A DNA stretch of 56,681 nt, from positions 1-56,681 of the forward strand of contig CAYGLI010000004.1 of assembly GCA_964350795.1 (NCBI GenBank), read 5' to 3'. A model generated the notes under the pieces. That model saw nothing but the letters and a program-made list of their open reading frames with translations, searched no databases and had not been told where the DNA came from. This document shows positions 29,918-39,926 of this stretch, in pieces. How positions within the stretch are numbered: the first letter of the stretch is position 1; every line of letters starts with the position of its first letter. Both the position numbers and the translations under genes were made by a program. The DNA is from an uncultured Micavibrio sp. Its GTDB lineage: Bacteria; Pseudomonadota; Alphaproteobacteria; Micavibrionales; UBA1664.

Positions 29918-30861
29918 ACATCAATTGTATATGTTTTGGAGCAAAATTCACAAGTCATTTCAATCACACCATCTTTTGCCGCATGATTTTTATCATCATC
30001 GCTCAAATTATTAATAACATTTTTAACTTTATCCAACGAACAACGACATTCATGACGAATTGATTTGGCGTCATATACAATCACACCCTCTTCGTGAAAT
30101 AACCGGCGAAGCAATTCATTGATATGCATATCAGCATCAAGAATTTCCGCGTCAGTACATGTTTGTAATAACGTTCGTGACCTGTGCCAATCTTCCTTGC
30201 GTTCCTTATCTGATTTATCGCCAAATTTAACAACATCACTATTTGCCGCATGATCATCTGGTAAGAATTGCAACATTAATGCGCCAGATCGCCAATCATC
30301 ACCTTGTTTTGCCGATGCAACATAGAGAGATGTGCGTAATTGTTCTGATTGTTCAAAATAATGCGCGATAGATTCTTGTAATTTATCACCCTCTAGCGCA
30401 ACAATCCCTTGGTAGCGTTCGGTATTTGCGCCTTGATCTACGGTAAAGGCGATATGCCCACCACCCGTTAAATCCATCAATGAGTATCCATCATAAATAC
30501 CATCTGATTTTTTTAGCGCATTCAGGGCATCCATATCATATGTTGCACACCCACGCACCGCGCCATCATTTTGGATATCGGCCACCAATGTTTTTACCGC
30601 GCCCTTGCCCGATGCCTGTAGCGTGAATATTCCATCATATTTCAGCATTGATGATAATGCGCATGCCAATGTCACCGTGTCCGCCACCAAGTGCGCCACG
30701 GCGGGCGGATAATCATGTGCGGATAATATATCGTTTAATGTCGAACCAAGGCGAACCGCGCGACCACGCAATCCCGATTCCTGCAATTGAAATGGAAGGA
30801 TGATGTTATCAACCACATCACCATCTTCCTCAACAGGGTTATCATTTGCAATTTTGACCAT
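29914..30861 (-). CDS. hslO: Hsp33 redox-regulated chaperone
   Basis: 315 aa with the C-terminal zinc centre CRCS...CEFCSKTY. Confidence 0.9.
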   Translation of the reverse strand: MVKIANDNPVEEDGDVVDNIILPFQLQESGLRGRAVRLGSTLNDILSAHDYPPAVAHLVADTVTLACALSSMLKYDGIFTLQASGKGAVKTLVADIQNDGAVRGCATYDMDALNALKKSDGIYDGYSLMDLTGGGHIAFTVDQGANTERYQGIVALEGDKLQESIAHYFEQSEQLRTSLYVASAKQGDDWRSGALMLQFLPDDHAANSDVVKFGDKSDKERKEDWHRSRTLLQTCTDAEILDADMHINELLRRLFHEEGVIVYDAKSIRHECRCSLDKVKNVINNLSDDDKNHAAKDGVIEMTCEFCSKTYTIDV

Positions 30862-30916
30862 TGGATAAGGATTTACACGGATTAGATTGATTTTTCAATG
30901 GGTATTTTCGCTATAA

Positions 30917-31021
30917 TCCCTTCTCCCTGAGAAGAGGGTTGGGGTGGAGAGGATTGCGATTTGTGACGCCCCTCATCCGTCGAAGCTATCGCTTCGCCAC
31001 CTTCTCCCAAGGGAGAAGGGT
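30917..31021. repeat. Composite hairpin element of the 'PLP.GEG' G/C-tract family
   Basis: Three hairpins are present: cccttctc-cctga-gaagaggg, cgaagc-tatc-gcttcg and ccttctccc-aa-gggagaagg. The element fills the hslO/pdhB intergenic region. The spurious track ORF 30944-31135 runs through it. Confidence 0.6.
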
Positions 31022-31025
31022 TTTA

Positions 31026-32474
31026 TCAAGCCTTATAACAAGCGCGTTTGGCCGCGGCGACGATGTCCGCGACCTGTGGCAAGGCCAATTGTTCCAAATT
31101 CGCGGCGTATGGTAACGGCACATCCTTTGCCGTGACACGCTCTAACGGTGCATCCAAATAATCAAACGCATGCTCACCAACAAGGGCGGCAATTTCCGCG
31201 CCAACACCATGTTGCGGGAAACCTTCTTCGCATGTCACGATACGGTTTGTTTTTTTCACGCTCTCAATGATTGTATAACGATCCATCGGACGGATTGTTC
31301 GCAGGTTTACCACCTCGGCATTAATCCCCTCTTCAGCCAATATTTTTGCGGCCTCCATGGCCTTTCCGACCATGATGGATGCACCAACCAATGTGACATC
31401 CGTTCCCTCGCGTTCAATTTTTGCGCGACCAATTGGAACGACATATTCGGGGTCAGTAGGGCATTCAAATTCCTTACCGTACATGATTTCATTTTCCAAA
31501 ACCAAAACGGGGTTCGGGTCACGTATCGCGGCCTTCATCAAACCATAAGCATCGGCCGCAGACCAAGGCGAAACAACCTTTAACCCAGGGATATGCCCGT
31601 ACCACGCGGCGTAACATTGCGAGTGTTGTGCCCCAACACGTGCCGCTGCACCATTTGGCCCACGAAACACAATTTGACAACCCAATTGACCGCCCGCCAT
31701 ATAAAGGGTTTTGGCGGCAGAATTTATTAAATGGTCAATCGCCTGCATGGCGAAATTCATGGTCATAAATTCAACAATTGGTTTACACCCCTTAAACGCC
31801 GACCCAACAGCCAAACCAGCAAAACCATGTTCTGTAATGGGCGTATCAATCACGCGATCCGCGCCAAATTCATCTAACATGCCCTGCGTGATTTTATAGG
31901 CACCGTTATATTCCGCAACTTCCTCGCCCATCACATAGATGGCGGCGTCATTACGCATTTCTTCGCTCATAGCTTGGCGGAGTGCTTCACGAACGGTTTT
32001 TGTTTCTGTTTTTTTCCAAAAGGACGCCTCATCAAATTTTGGTGGCGCAATGACCTTTCCCTGCGCGTATAAAATATCGCGGTTATCGATGTCTTCGCCT
32101 TGTGGTTGAGACACTGTTTTGTCATTCTGAGGAGCTTGCGACGAAGAATCTCCCTTTGGCGAACTGGATTCTTCGCTATCGCTCAGAATGACAGGCTTAC
32201 TTGAAACCTTACCAATATCATCAACACTCTCACCCTCTTCCAATAACACCGCAATCGGCGTATTCACGGCAACATTATCAGTCCCCGCAGACACCAAAAT
32301 CTTGCCAATCGTGCCTTCTTCAACGGCTTCGACTTCCATTGTGGCCTTGTCGGTTTCGATTTCTGCAATCACGTCTCCTGCCTCAACTGTATCCCCCTCG
32401 GATTTCGTCCATTTAGCAAGTTTGCCCTCTGTCATAGTTGGCGATAACGCCGGCATTAAAATTTCTATTGGCAT
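31026..32474 (-). CDS. pdhB: Pyruvate dehydrogenase E1 beta subunit with N-terminal lipoyl domain
   Basis: 482 aa. The lipoyl domain reads [22 protein letters not shown]...ETDKATME and is followed by a linker and the transketolase-like E1-beta core. The linker contains an in-frame palindromic repeat copy. Confidence 0.93.
   Translation of the reverse strand: MPIEILMPALSPTMTEGKLAKWTKSEGDTVEAGDVIAEIETDKATMEVEAVEEGTIGKILVSAGTDNVAVNTPIAVLLEEGESVDDIGKVSSKPVILSDSEESSSPKGDSSSQAPQNDKTVSQPQGEDIDNRDILYAQGKVIAPPKFDEASFWKKTETKTVREALRQAMSEEMRNDAAIYVMGEEVAEYNGAYKITQGMLDEFGADRVIDTPITEHGFAGLAVGSAFKGCKPIVEFMTMNFAMQAIDHLINSAAKTLYMAGGQLGCQIVFRGPNGAAARVGAQHSQCYAAWYGHIPGLKVVSPWSAADAYGLMKAAIRDPNPVLVLENEIMYGKEFECPTDPEYVVPIGRAKIEREGTDVTLVGASIMVGKAMEAAKILAEEGINAEVVNLRTIRPMDRYTIIESVKKTNRIVTCEEGFPQHGVGAEIAALVGEHAFDYLDAPLERVTAKDVPLPYAANLEQLALPQVADIVAAAKRACYKA
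32120..32193. repeat. Palindromic MITE-like element, copy 2, inside the pdhB reading frame
   Basis: tgtcattctgaggagcttgcgacgaagaatc...gattcttcgctatcgctcagaatgaca. On the coding strand it translates as ...[25 protein letters not shown]... with no stop codon. Confidence 0.8.
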
Positions 32475-32488
32475 TTATTTTTCCTTAG

Positions 32489-32815
32489 TTAACCCAGAGT
32501 TTCAGAAAGAGTATGGCTGAGATCAAACTCAAACAACTCCATTTTACCTTCATATTTATATGATGCATTCGGTTCAATTATTATAAAATCTTTTTCACTC
32601 ACTTTATTTTGATTACCATTTATTGTGAATAAACCTTCACCATTAAGAACCAAGTAAAATCTGTATAATTGCCCTAAGTCACTAACCTCAGGATGATTTC
32701 CATCAACATTAACGATAGATGCATCCTGAAGATTTGAGATAGTTATAGGATTATACGACTGTCCTAATATATCGCTAAATTTAAAAGATTTTGTGTCTTT
32801 AAATTTAATAACCAT
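32489..32815 (-). CDS. Small cupin-like hypothetical protein between pdhA and pdhB
   Basis: About 108 aa from MVIKFKD. The sequence is beta-rich with a ...LNGEGLFTING...DFIIIEPNASYKYEG pattern suggestive of a cupin fold. It lies 8 nt after the pdhA stop and 14 nt before the pdhB start. It is A+T-rich. The track ORF (to 32851) overlaps pdhA. Confidence 0.45.
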   Translation of the reverse strand: MVIKFKDTKSFKFSDILGQSYNPITISNLQDASIVNVDGNHPEVSDLGQLYRFYLVLNGEGLFTINGNQNKVSEKDFIIIEPNASYKYEGKMELFEFDLSHTLSETLG

Positions 32816-32823
32816 AAGACTAA

Positions 32824-33822
32824 CTAAACCTCCACCAAAACATCCGTCCACAACTCTTCCGCGGCTGGTTCTGGTGATGTTTTTGCGAATTCTTCTGTTT
32901 CTTTGATGATGGCTTTAATCTCTTTATCAATCACTTTCAAATCATCCTCGGAGACACCCTCGTCGAATAAACGCGCCTTTAACCTGTTAATCGGGTCTTT
33001 GGATGTTTTGTAATCTTCGACTTCTTCTTTATTACGGTAATTACCAGGGTCAGACATTGAATGTCCGCGGTAACGATATGTCATGACCTCTAAAATATAA
33101 GGGCCATTGCCTGAACGCACATAATCCAATGCCTTGGCCGCGGCATCACGGACGGCGAAAATATCTTGTCCATCGACCTGTTCACCCGGAATGTCAAACC
33201 CTTCACCACGGCGGTATAATTCACCCGCCGCGTGACGCGCGGTGGATGTTCCCATACCATATTTATTGTTTTCAATCACGTATAACACGGGCAAGTTCCA
33301 GAGTTTCGCCATGTTGAAACATTCATAAACCTGCCCTTGGTTCGCCGCGCCGTCGCCTGAATAGGCAACGCAAACGCCATTATCCTTGTTATACTTATGC
33401 GCAAACGCCAACCCCGTACCCAGTGATGTTGACGCACCAACGATACCATGCCCGCCAAAGAAATTTTTCTCCTGAGAGAACATGTGCATCGAACCGCCCT
33501 TACCACGAGAAAAACCACCCTCACGACCCGTTAGTTCCGCCATAATCCCCTTGGGGTCCATATCACATGCCAACATGTGTGCATGATCGCGATAGGTTGT
33601 GATAACCGTATCTTGTGGTTCTTGCATGGATTGAATGCCTGTTACCACGGCCTCTTGACCAATATAAAGGTGACAAAACCCACCGATGAGACCCATACCA
33701 TAAAGTTGCCCCGCCTTTTCCTCAAACCGACGAATAAGCACCATGTCATGGTACATTTTCTTCATCTCATCGATGGTTGGGTTATCGGCTGAATTCTTCT
33801 TTGATTTCTTTTTGGTCGCCAT
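32824..33822 (-). CDS. pdhA: Pyruvate dehydrogenase E1 alpha subunit
   Basis: 332 aa. The TPP-binding region is GDGAANQG...NNKYGMGTS and the phosphorylation-loop-like motif is YRYRGHSMSDP. Confidence 0.95.
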   Translation of the reverse strand: MATKKKSKKNSADNPTIDEMKKMYHDMVLIRRFEEKAGQLYGMGLIGGFCHLYIGQEAVVTGIQSMQEPQDTVITTYRDHAHMLACDMDPKGIMAELTGREGGFSRGKGGSMHMFSQEKNFFGGHGIVGASTSLGTGLAFAHKYNKDNGVCVAYSGDGAANQGQVYECFNMAKLWNLPVLYVIENNKYGMGTSTARHAAGELYRRGEGFDIPGEQVDGQDIFAVRDAAAKALDYVRSGNGPYILEVMTYRYRGHSMSDPGNYRNKEEVEDYKTSKDPINRLKARLFDEGVSEDDLKVIDKEIKAIIKETEEFAKTSPEPAAEELWTDVLVEV

Positions 33823-33913
33823 AGAGCGTTCCTTTAATTGTTTAAATCTGTCGAATTTTTAGATGATTTTTGTTGAAAGATAAAGGGTGTTGTCGTGGTG
33901 CAGTGCGAAAAAT

Positions 33914-34234
33914 CTATCCTCGCGCATCATCCATTAAAATAATCGCATCGCCGCCACCATGCCCAAGCATTTGAATAGAATAATCCTCTATCAAATCAGG
34001 ATCCAAGGTTTCAGGGCGTAATCTTACCACGCGGTCTTTTAAATAATCTCGCTCTGTTTTTAAATCGACCAGTTTGATTTCCAATTCCGCCTGTTGTTTT
34101 GACAGGCTCAATAATGACGGCAAAGACCGCTCGCTCACAAACAAATGGAACAATAAATACACCAACATCAAACCTAAAAAAGCCTTGGCAAGTCGTTGAT
34201 ATTTTTGTGTTTGATGATGATTATATGCGTTCAT
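33914..34234 (-). CDS. ftsB: Septum formation initiator (FtsB/DivIC-like)
   Basis: 106 aa with one TM segment plus a short coiled coil. It sits immediately upstream of pdhA, as is usual in alphaproteobacteria. Confidence 0.65.
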   Translation of the reverse strand: MNAYNHHQTQKYQRLAKAFLGLMLVYLLFHLFVSERSLPSLLSLSKQQAELEIKLVDLKTERDYLKDRVVRLRPETLDPDLIEDYSIQMLGHGGGDAIILMDDARG

Positions 34235-34431
34235 TATCTCTCTAATGAATCACATACGAATCGGTTTGCAAAATGAAAAAGTGAAACCAGCCACACCCCA
34301 CCACCCTAACCGATTCAATTGATTCATTTTTTTGAATCTATTGCGATAACTTTTCAATAAGCCCTGTTCTTGTTTTGGACTCATTCATAATTTCAGGTGA
34401 CAAAAAATATATTCACACTATGTTGAAATTC

Positions 34432-35694
34432 ATGAAAATTGCAATTATCGGATCAGGAATTACGGGTTTAGGCGCGGCGTGGTTGTTAAACCAAAATAAT
34501 ATTGATTTTACGCTATTCGAGGCTGATGAAAGATTGGGTGGACATGCCAACACCGTATCTGGCGACAATCACGCCGATGTGGATACGGGTTTTATTGTGT
34601 TCAATGAATGGACATACCCAAATTTATTGGCGTTATTTGCACATGAAAAAATTCCTTATATCAAATCAAATATGGGGTTCGCCATTTCCACGAATAATGG
34701 CGATTTAGAATATTCCAGCGATAGTATTTTCGCCCAAAAACGGAACTTTATCCGCCCGTCATTTTATCAATTATTACTAGATTTGATATGGTTTTATCGT
34801 TCTGTGCCAAAGGATTTACCGAATATGAGCCATGGCTTAACCCTTGGCGATTACCTCACGCAAAACCGATATAGCGATAATTTTATTAACAATCACCTTA
34901 TTCCAATGGGTGCCGCAATTTGGTCGATGGGCGCGGATGATATGATGAAATTTCCAATGCAATCATTTGCCAATTTTTGTATTAATCATGGCCTATTGAA
35001 TATTATCAAACGTCCTCAATGGTTTACGGTGAATGGCGGAAGCAAAACATATGTTGAAACACTATCCAACCAATTTAAAGATAAAATTCGATTAAACACG
35101 CCCGTCACATCCATCAAACGGATTGAGAATCAAGTAATGGTGAACGGTGAACAATTCGATAAAATTTTAATCTGCACTCATTCTGATCAGGCGTTAAAAA
35201 TGTTGGATGATGCAACAGGTGAAGAAAAAGAGATTCTGGGCGATATCAAATATTCAACCAATACGGCGATTTTACACCGTGATACGCAACAAATGCCAAA
35301 GACAAAAAAGGCATGGGCGGCGTGGAATTATTTGGCGAGTGAAAATAATCAAGTCACATTGACCTATTGGATGAATAAATTACAAGATTTCCTGTCCAAG
35401 GATGATGATTTGTTTGTAACGCTTAATCCCGTTACACCAATAAATCCTGATAAAATTATCAAAACTCAAACCTATCATCACCCTATCTATTCACTTGATA
35501 CCGTGGATGCCCAATCGCGGATTAGTGATATTCAAGGGGTTAAGAATACTTATTTTGCAGGCGCGTGGTGCGGATATGGATTTCACGAAGATGGCTTAAG
35601 CGCAGGTCTTGCCATTGCCGAAATGGCCTGTGATATCAAACGCCCATGGGATATTATTGAAAAATCAAGCTCGCATGCCAATATTCGAAAATAA
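34432..35694 (+). CDS. FAD-dependent amine-oxidase-like oxidoreductase (COG2907; UfaD-like fatty-acid desaturase candidate)
   Basis: Start taken at MKIAIIGSGITGLGAAW (dinucleotide-binding fold); the track ORF starts at 34375. It is followed directly by DUF1365-like and CFA-synthase-like genes. Confidence 0.75.
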   Translation: MKIAIIGSGITGLGAAWLLNQNNIDFTLFEADERLGGHANTVSGDNHADVDTGFIVFNEWTYPNLLALFAHEKIPYIKSNMGFAISTNNGDLEYSSDSIFAQKRNFIRPSFYQLLLDLIWFYRSVPKDLPNMSHGLTLGDYLTQNRYSDNFINNHLIPMGAAIWSMGADDMMKFPMQSFANFCINHGLLNIIKRPQWFTVNGGSKTYVETLSNQFKDKIRLNTPVTSIKRIENQVMVNGEQFDKILICTHSDQALKMLDDATGEEKEILGDIKYSTNTAILHRDTQQMPKTKKAWAAWNYLASENNQVTLTYWMNKLQDFLSKDDDLFVTLNPVTPINPDKIIKTQTYHHPIYSLDTVDAQSRISDIQGVKNTYFAGAWCGYGFHEDGLSAGLAIAEMACDIKRPWDIIEKSSSHANIRK

Positions 35695-36442
35695 AATATT
35701 CATTGGTGATGTGTATCACAAACGCCATACGCCGTTTATTCACGATTTCAAATATCGCGTTTACACATTATGGGTGGACGTTGATGAATTGGATAATTCC
35801 GCACCCACGCCAAAATATTTTTCTTATAACAAATGGAATTTATTGGGTTTGAGCCTCAAAGACCACGGCCCACGCGATGGAACAAAAATTCGACCCTGGA
35901 TAGAGGCCGCCGCAATAAAAAAAAATATCAATATCGAGGGTGGAAAGATTTATATGCTGTGTTTTCCGCGTGTTCTTGGATATGTGTTTAACCCCCTCAC
36001 CGTTTATTTTTGTTACAATAAGGATGGTGAATTAACCGCCCTCCTCCATCAGGTTAAAAATACATTTGGCGAGCAGCATGGATATTTGTTACCTGTCACC
36101 CCTGAGAAAACTATCAAACAAGACACTGCCAAAATTTTCCATGTCTCCCCCTTTATTCAAATGGATAGTCATTATAATTTTAGGGTGAAAGAACCATCCA
36201 CAGATGGATTTCATGTCGCAATTCACCAAACCATTCCCGAAAATCAAAAAATGCTGACCGCAACATGGACGGGGGAAACGGCGATGGAGTTTAAGTCATC
36301 GAATTTATTGCGCGTTTTTTGGGCGATTCCATTGATGACATTCAAAATAATCATTGCCATTCACTGGCAAGCCCTTAAATTATGGATAAAGGGCGCGAAA
36401 TTTAGAAAAAGCCCACCATTACCCGAACAGGATATCACATGA
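35675..36442 (+). CDS. DUF1365 family protein (UfaO-like candidate)
   Basis: Start taken at MPIFENKIFIGDVYHKRHTP, overlapping the upstream stop by 20 nt. The Y/HKR...F.Y N-terminus is typical of DUF1365. The track ORF starts at 35609. Confidence 0.7.
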   Translation: MPIFENKIFIGDVYHKRHTPFIHDFKYRVYTLWVDVDELDNSAPTPKYFSYNKWNLLGLSLKDHGPRDGTKIRPWIEAAAIKKNINIEGGKIYMLCFPRVLGYVFNPLTVYFCYNKDGELTALLHQVKNTFGEQHGYLLPVTPEKTIKQDTAKIFHVSPFIQMDSHYNFRVKEPSTDGFHVAIHQTIPENQKMLTATWTGETAMEFKSSNLLRVFWAIPLMTFKIIIAIHWQALKLWIKGAKFRKSPPLPEQDIT

Positions 36443-36495
36443 ACCAAATTGAAATTTGTGTCGTATCAAAAGGATAACAAAGGATTTAAAAACCC

Positions 36496-37779
36496 ATGAT
36501 GACAATTACCGAAGCCACATCCAGACCCGTTGATTTTTTCATTCAGACTGAGGCTCAATTACGCTATTTCTTGCTTAAGATTAAGCGAGATAAAACATCT
36601 TATAAACCATCACGCGCCTTAAAATTATGTATTCGATTTGCGCGTCAAATTCAAATTGGGTCATTAGATATGGTTTTACCCGATGGCCATAAATTACGAT
36701 TTGTGGGGAAAACAGACGGCCCACACGGAACGGTTATCATTCATAATGACCGTGTTGCCAAACGATTATTAATTGGTGGTAAACTTGGTTTTTGCGAGGC
36801 TTACTTAGACGGTGATTGGAATTCCCCTGACATTTCCGCATTTTATGAAATGATTCTTCGCAATGAACATGTCTTGCTCTCGGTCTTGAATGGAAAAAGT
36901 TGGTTTCGAGGGGTTTCGAAATTTATTCACTCGCTCAATGCCAATTCAAAATCAGGGTCAAAGAAAAATATCTATCGCCATTATGATATCGGTAATGATT
37001 TTTACCAATTATGGCTCGACCCCACCATGACATATTCATCCGCCTTATTTAAGGATGGAAACGACGATTTAAAAATCGCACAAGATGCCAAATATCAGGA
37101 AATGACTGACCGTTTAGGTATCAAGCGAGACCACCATGTTTTGGAAATCGGGTGCGGTTGGGGGGGATTTGCCGAATATGCCGCCAAAACAACAGGGTGC
37201 AAAATGACCTGTGTGACAATATCACAAGCACAATATGATTACGCCGTTGATCGCATAAAAAATGCTGGGTTGTCCGATCGCGTGACAATTTTGATGAAAG
37301 ATTACCGTGATTTAGACGGCATGTATGACCGCATCGCATCCATTGAAATGTTTGAGGCAGTGGGTGAGCAATATTGGCCAACCTATTTCAAAACATTGAA
37401 AAATCGCCTTACACAGGGTGGCAAGGCATGCCTGCAAATTATCACCATTAATGAGGATGATTTTGATAGCTATCGCAACAACGCTGATTACATCCAACGA
37501 TATATCTTCCCGGGTGGTATGTTGCCATCCATGTCCGCTTTAAAAAGTCAAATCACACAAGCCAAATTACGCACAACTGGGCATATATCATTTGGGTTAG
37601 ATTACGCCAAAACGCTTAATATTTGGAATGACAAATTTCAACAATCATGGCCAAAACTAACCAAGCAAGGGTTTGATGAAAAATTCAAACGGACGTGGGA
37701 GCAGTATTTATGCTATTGCGAGGCAGGGTTCCGCGCGAAAACCATTGACGTTATCCAAATTGACATTGATCATGGATAG
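36496..37779 (+). CDS. Cyclopropane-fatty-acyl-phospholipid synthase family SAM methyltransferase
   Basis: 427 aa. SAM motif VLEIGCGWGGFA, SIEMFEAVG, and a C-terminal YLCYCEAGF characteristic of CFA/mycolic-acid methyltransferases. Confidence 0.88.
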   Translation: MMTITEATSRPVDFFIQTEAQLRYFLLKIKRDKTSYKPSRALKLCIRFARQIQIGSLDMVLPDGHKLRFVGKTDGPHGTVIIHNDRVAKRLLIGGKLGFCEAYLDGDWNSPDISAFYEMILRNEHVLLSVLNGKSWFRGVSKFIHSLNANSKSGSKKNIYRHYDIGNDFYQLWLDPTMTYSSALFKDGNDDLKIAQDAKYQEMTDRLGIKRDHHVLEIGCGWGGFAEYAAKTTGCKMTCVTISQAQYDYAVDRIKNAGLSDRVTILMKDYRDLDGMYDRIASIEMFEAVGEQYWPTYFKTLKNRLTQGGKACLQIITINEDDFDSYRNNADYIQRYIFPGGMLPSMSALKSQITQAKLRTTGHISFGLDYAKTLNIWNDKFQQSWPKLTKQGFDEKFKRTWEQYLCYCEAGFRAKTIDVIQIDIDHG

Positions 37780-38628
37780 ATGAAATCAATTATCCCCGCA
37801 CCCTTGAAAATTGGCGATACAATCGGCGTGATGTCGCCGTCATCCTATATCGAAGAAGCCGATTTAAACACCGCGGTTAAAATTATTGAGGCGCGCGGGT
37901 ATAAAATTAATATCCATCCGCAAACATTGGCACACCACAACCAATCCGCAGGAAACAACGCGGAAAAATTAGCGGCCTTTCACGACCTTGTGAAAAATCC
38001 CGATATTGACGCCATCATATTTGCAATGGGTGGCAACCGTGCCCTGCACTGGGTTGATCAAATCGATTTTGATTTGGTGCGTGATAACCCAAAAATTATG
38101 ATGGGGTTTAGCGACATTACGGTTTTATTAAATATCATCCATGCAAAAACAGGGTTAGTAACCTATCACGGCCCTAACCTTCGATGGTTTAAGGTTCACG
38201 CGGATAATGTTAAAGACACCGAAAAATGTTTTGAAATGTTGTCTTCTTTGTCTTCACCATTAAACGGACATGATGAAGTTTTTTATAAACACCCAATAAT
38301 TGGTGGCAACGCCTCCATTATTCAATGTCTCATCAATGATATCAATTTCCAAGACAAAATCCTTATTTTGGAGGATGCTAATATTGAAACCAGTCACCTG
38401 GATAGATTATTTTGCAATTTAAAACGTCAGGGAATTTTTGAACAAATTAATGGCCTTATTCTTGGGCATTTCATAAATTTACTTGATACTGGCCGCCCCT
38501 ACGGGTTCACATTGGATGATATTATTGCTGAACATGTTCCATCCGATTTACCCATTATTCGCGACGCACCCATCGGGCATGGGGATCGTTTAATCACATT
38601 GCCCATTGGGTTAAATTTATCTCAATGA
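37780..38628 (+). CDS. LD-carboxypeptidase (peptidase S66, LdcA/MccF-like)
   Basis: 282 aa. Nucleophile motif GFSDITVLL, with downstream E and H residues (ILEDAN...SH, PIGHG). The ATG directly follows the stop of the methyltransferase gene. Confidence 0.8.
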   Translation: MKSIIPAPLKIGDTIGVMSPSSYIEEADLNTAVKIIEARGYKINIHPQTLAHHNQSAGNNAEKLAAFHDLVKNPDIDAIIFAMGGNRALHWVDQIDFDLVRDNPKIMMGFSDITVLLNIIHAKTGLVTYHGPNLRWFKVHADNVKDTEKCFEMLSSLSSPLNGHDEVFYKHPIIGGNASIIQCLINDINFQDKILILEDANIETSHLDRLFCNLKRQGIFEQINGLILGHFINLLDTGRPYGFTLDDIIAEHVPSDLPIIRDAPIGHGDRLITLPIGLNLSQ

Positions 38629-39911
38629 CATTATTCCAAAAAATAATTTATGCCCTGCCGGCCATACCATTGGCGGCATTGACTTTGCCTGTCATGATCT
38701 ACCTACCAACATTTTATGCCCGTGATATGGGTTTGGGTTTAGGGTTAGTGGGTGTTTGCCTTTTAATCGCACGGTTCATTGATGTCATTAGTGATCCCGT
38801 GATTGGCGTGTTAAGCGATAAATCGCAATCATGTCATGGGCGACGAAAAATATGGATTTTGTTGGGACTTATCCCAACATTAATTGGAACATATTTCTTG
38901 CTTGCACCACCATTCGAAACTGTTAATGCCACCTATTTTATTATTTTTTCAATTTTTCTATATGTGGGTTGGACATGCATGCTATTGCCCCTCAATGCCC
39001 TTGGGGCGGAGATGTCGAATGATTATCACGAACGTTCATCCATCACGGGATGGCGCGAAGGGTTCACCGTTTTGGGATTGCTTATCCCCCTATCCATTGT
39101 ATCGGCCATGGGATATGCGGGCGAAGACAGCGCAAGTGAGGCACTCAGCATCATCGCCATTTTGGTTTGCGCCCTCCTGCCCCTCACCATGCTCATTTTT
39201 TGGTTTGGGATATCGGAAAGACAAGAAAAACAAATCAATAAAATCGATTTTAAAAAAGGGTTAGCCTTATTAAAATCAAACAAACCTTTCCTTGTTTTGA
39301 TTACCGCGTTTTTAATCAATTCAATGGCAAACGCCCTGCCCGCAACATTGTTTTTATTCTTCGTTGATGATTATATTGGTACGCCTGACATGGCAGGGCC
39401 ATTGCTGTTTATCTATTTCCTCAGCGGTATTATCGGGATTCCATTTTGGTTATGGATTTCACGCAAAACATCCAAACATCACGCATGGTGTTATGCCATG
39501 ACCTTTGCCTGTGCCATTTTTATCACTGTTCCCTTTATTATCGGTGAAGGTGGCGTGACATTATTTTTCATTATTTGTGTTTTAACGGGCGCAACATTGG
39601 GTGCGGATTTATCCCTGCCCGCATCCATGCAGGCCGACGTCGTTGACATTGACCGCGCGGAAACAGGCGAGCGCCGAACAGGGTTGTTTTTTGCATTATG
39701 GAGCATGACAACCAAACTGTCCTTGGCCCTCTCCGCAGGGATATTCCTGCCCCTTTTGGCCATGACGGGATTTAACGAACAAACAGGCGAGAATAACTGG
39801 GCTCTCCCCTATTTCTATGCGCTTATTCCCGTTGTGTTAAAAATTCCTGCCATCATTTTAATGACACGTTTTGATTTGAACAAAGAAAAATTGAACTCTA
39901 TTCAATCATAG
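38625..39911 (+). CDS. MFS transporter, GPH (glycoside-pentoside-hexuronide)-like
   Basis: 428 aa, ~12 TM segments, with a D..SD....G.....GRRK motif after TM2. It overlaps the upstream gene by 4 nt. Confidence 0.8.
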   Translation: MTLFQKIIYALPAIPLAALTLPVMIYLPTFYARDMGLGLGLVGVCLLIARFIDVISDPVIGVLSDKSQSCHGRRKIWILLGLIPTLIGTYFLLAPPFETVNATYFIIFSIFLYVGWTCMLLPLNALGAEMSNDYHERSSITGWREGFTVLGLLIPLSIVSAMGYAGEDSASEALSIIAILVCALLPLTMLIFWFGISERQEKQINKIDFKKGLALLKSNKPFLVLITAFLINSMANALPATLFLFFVDDYIGTPDMAGPLLFIYFLSGIIGIPFWLWISRKTSKHHAWCYAMTFACAIFITVPFIIGEGGVTLFFIICVLTGATLGADLSLPASMQADVVDIDRAETGERRTGLFFALWSMTTKLSLALSAGIFLPLLAMTGFNEQTGENNWALPYFYALIPVVLKIPAIILMTRFDLNKEKLNSIQS

Positions 39912-39926
39912 AACGTAATTATACCT

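Noticed and set aside
30944-31135. A 63-aa ORF spanning the hairpin element and the pdhB 3' end
   Set aside because: It is generated by the G/C-tract repeat (…PHPSKLSLRHLLPREKG…) and overlaps pdhB antisense. There is no RBS.
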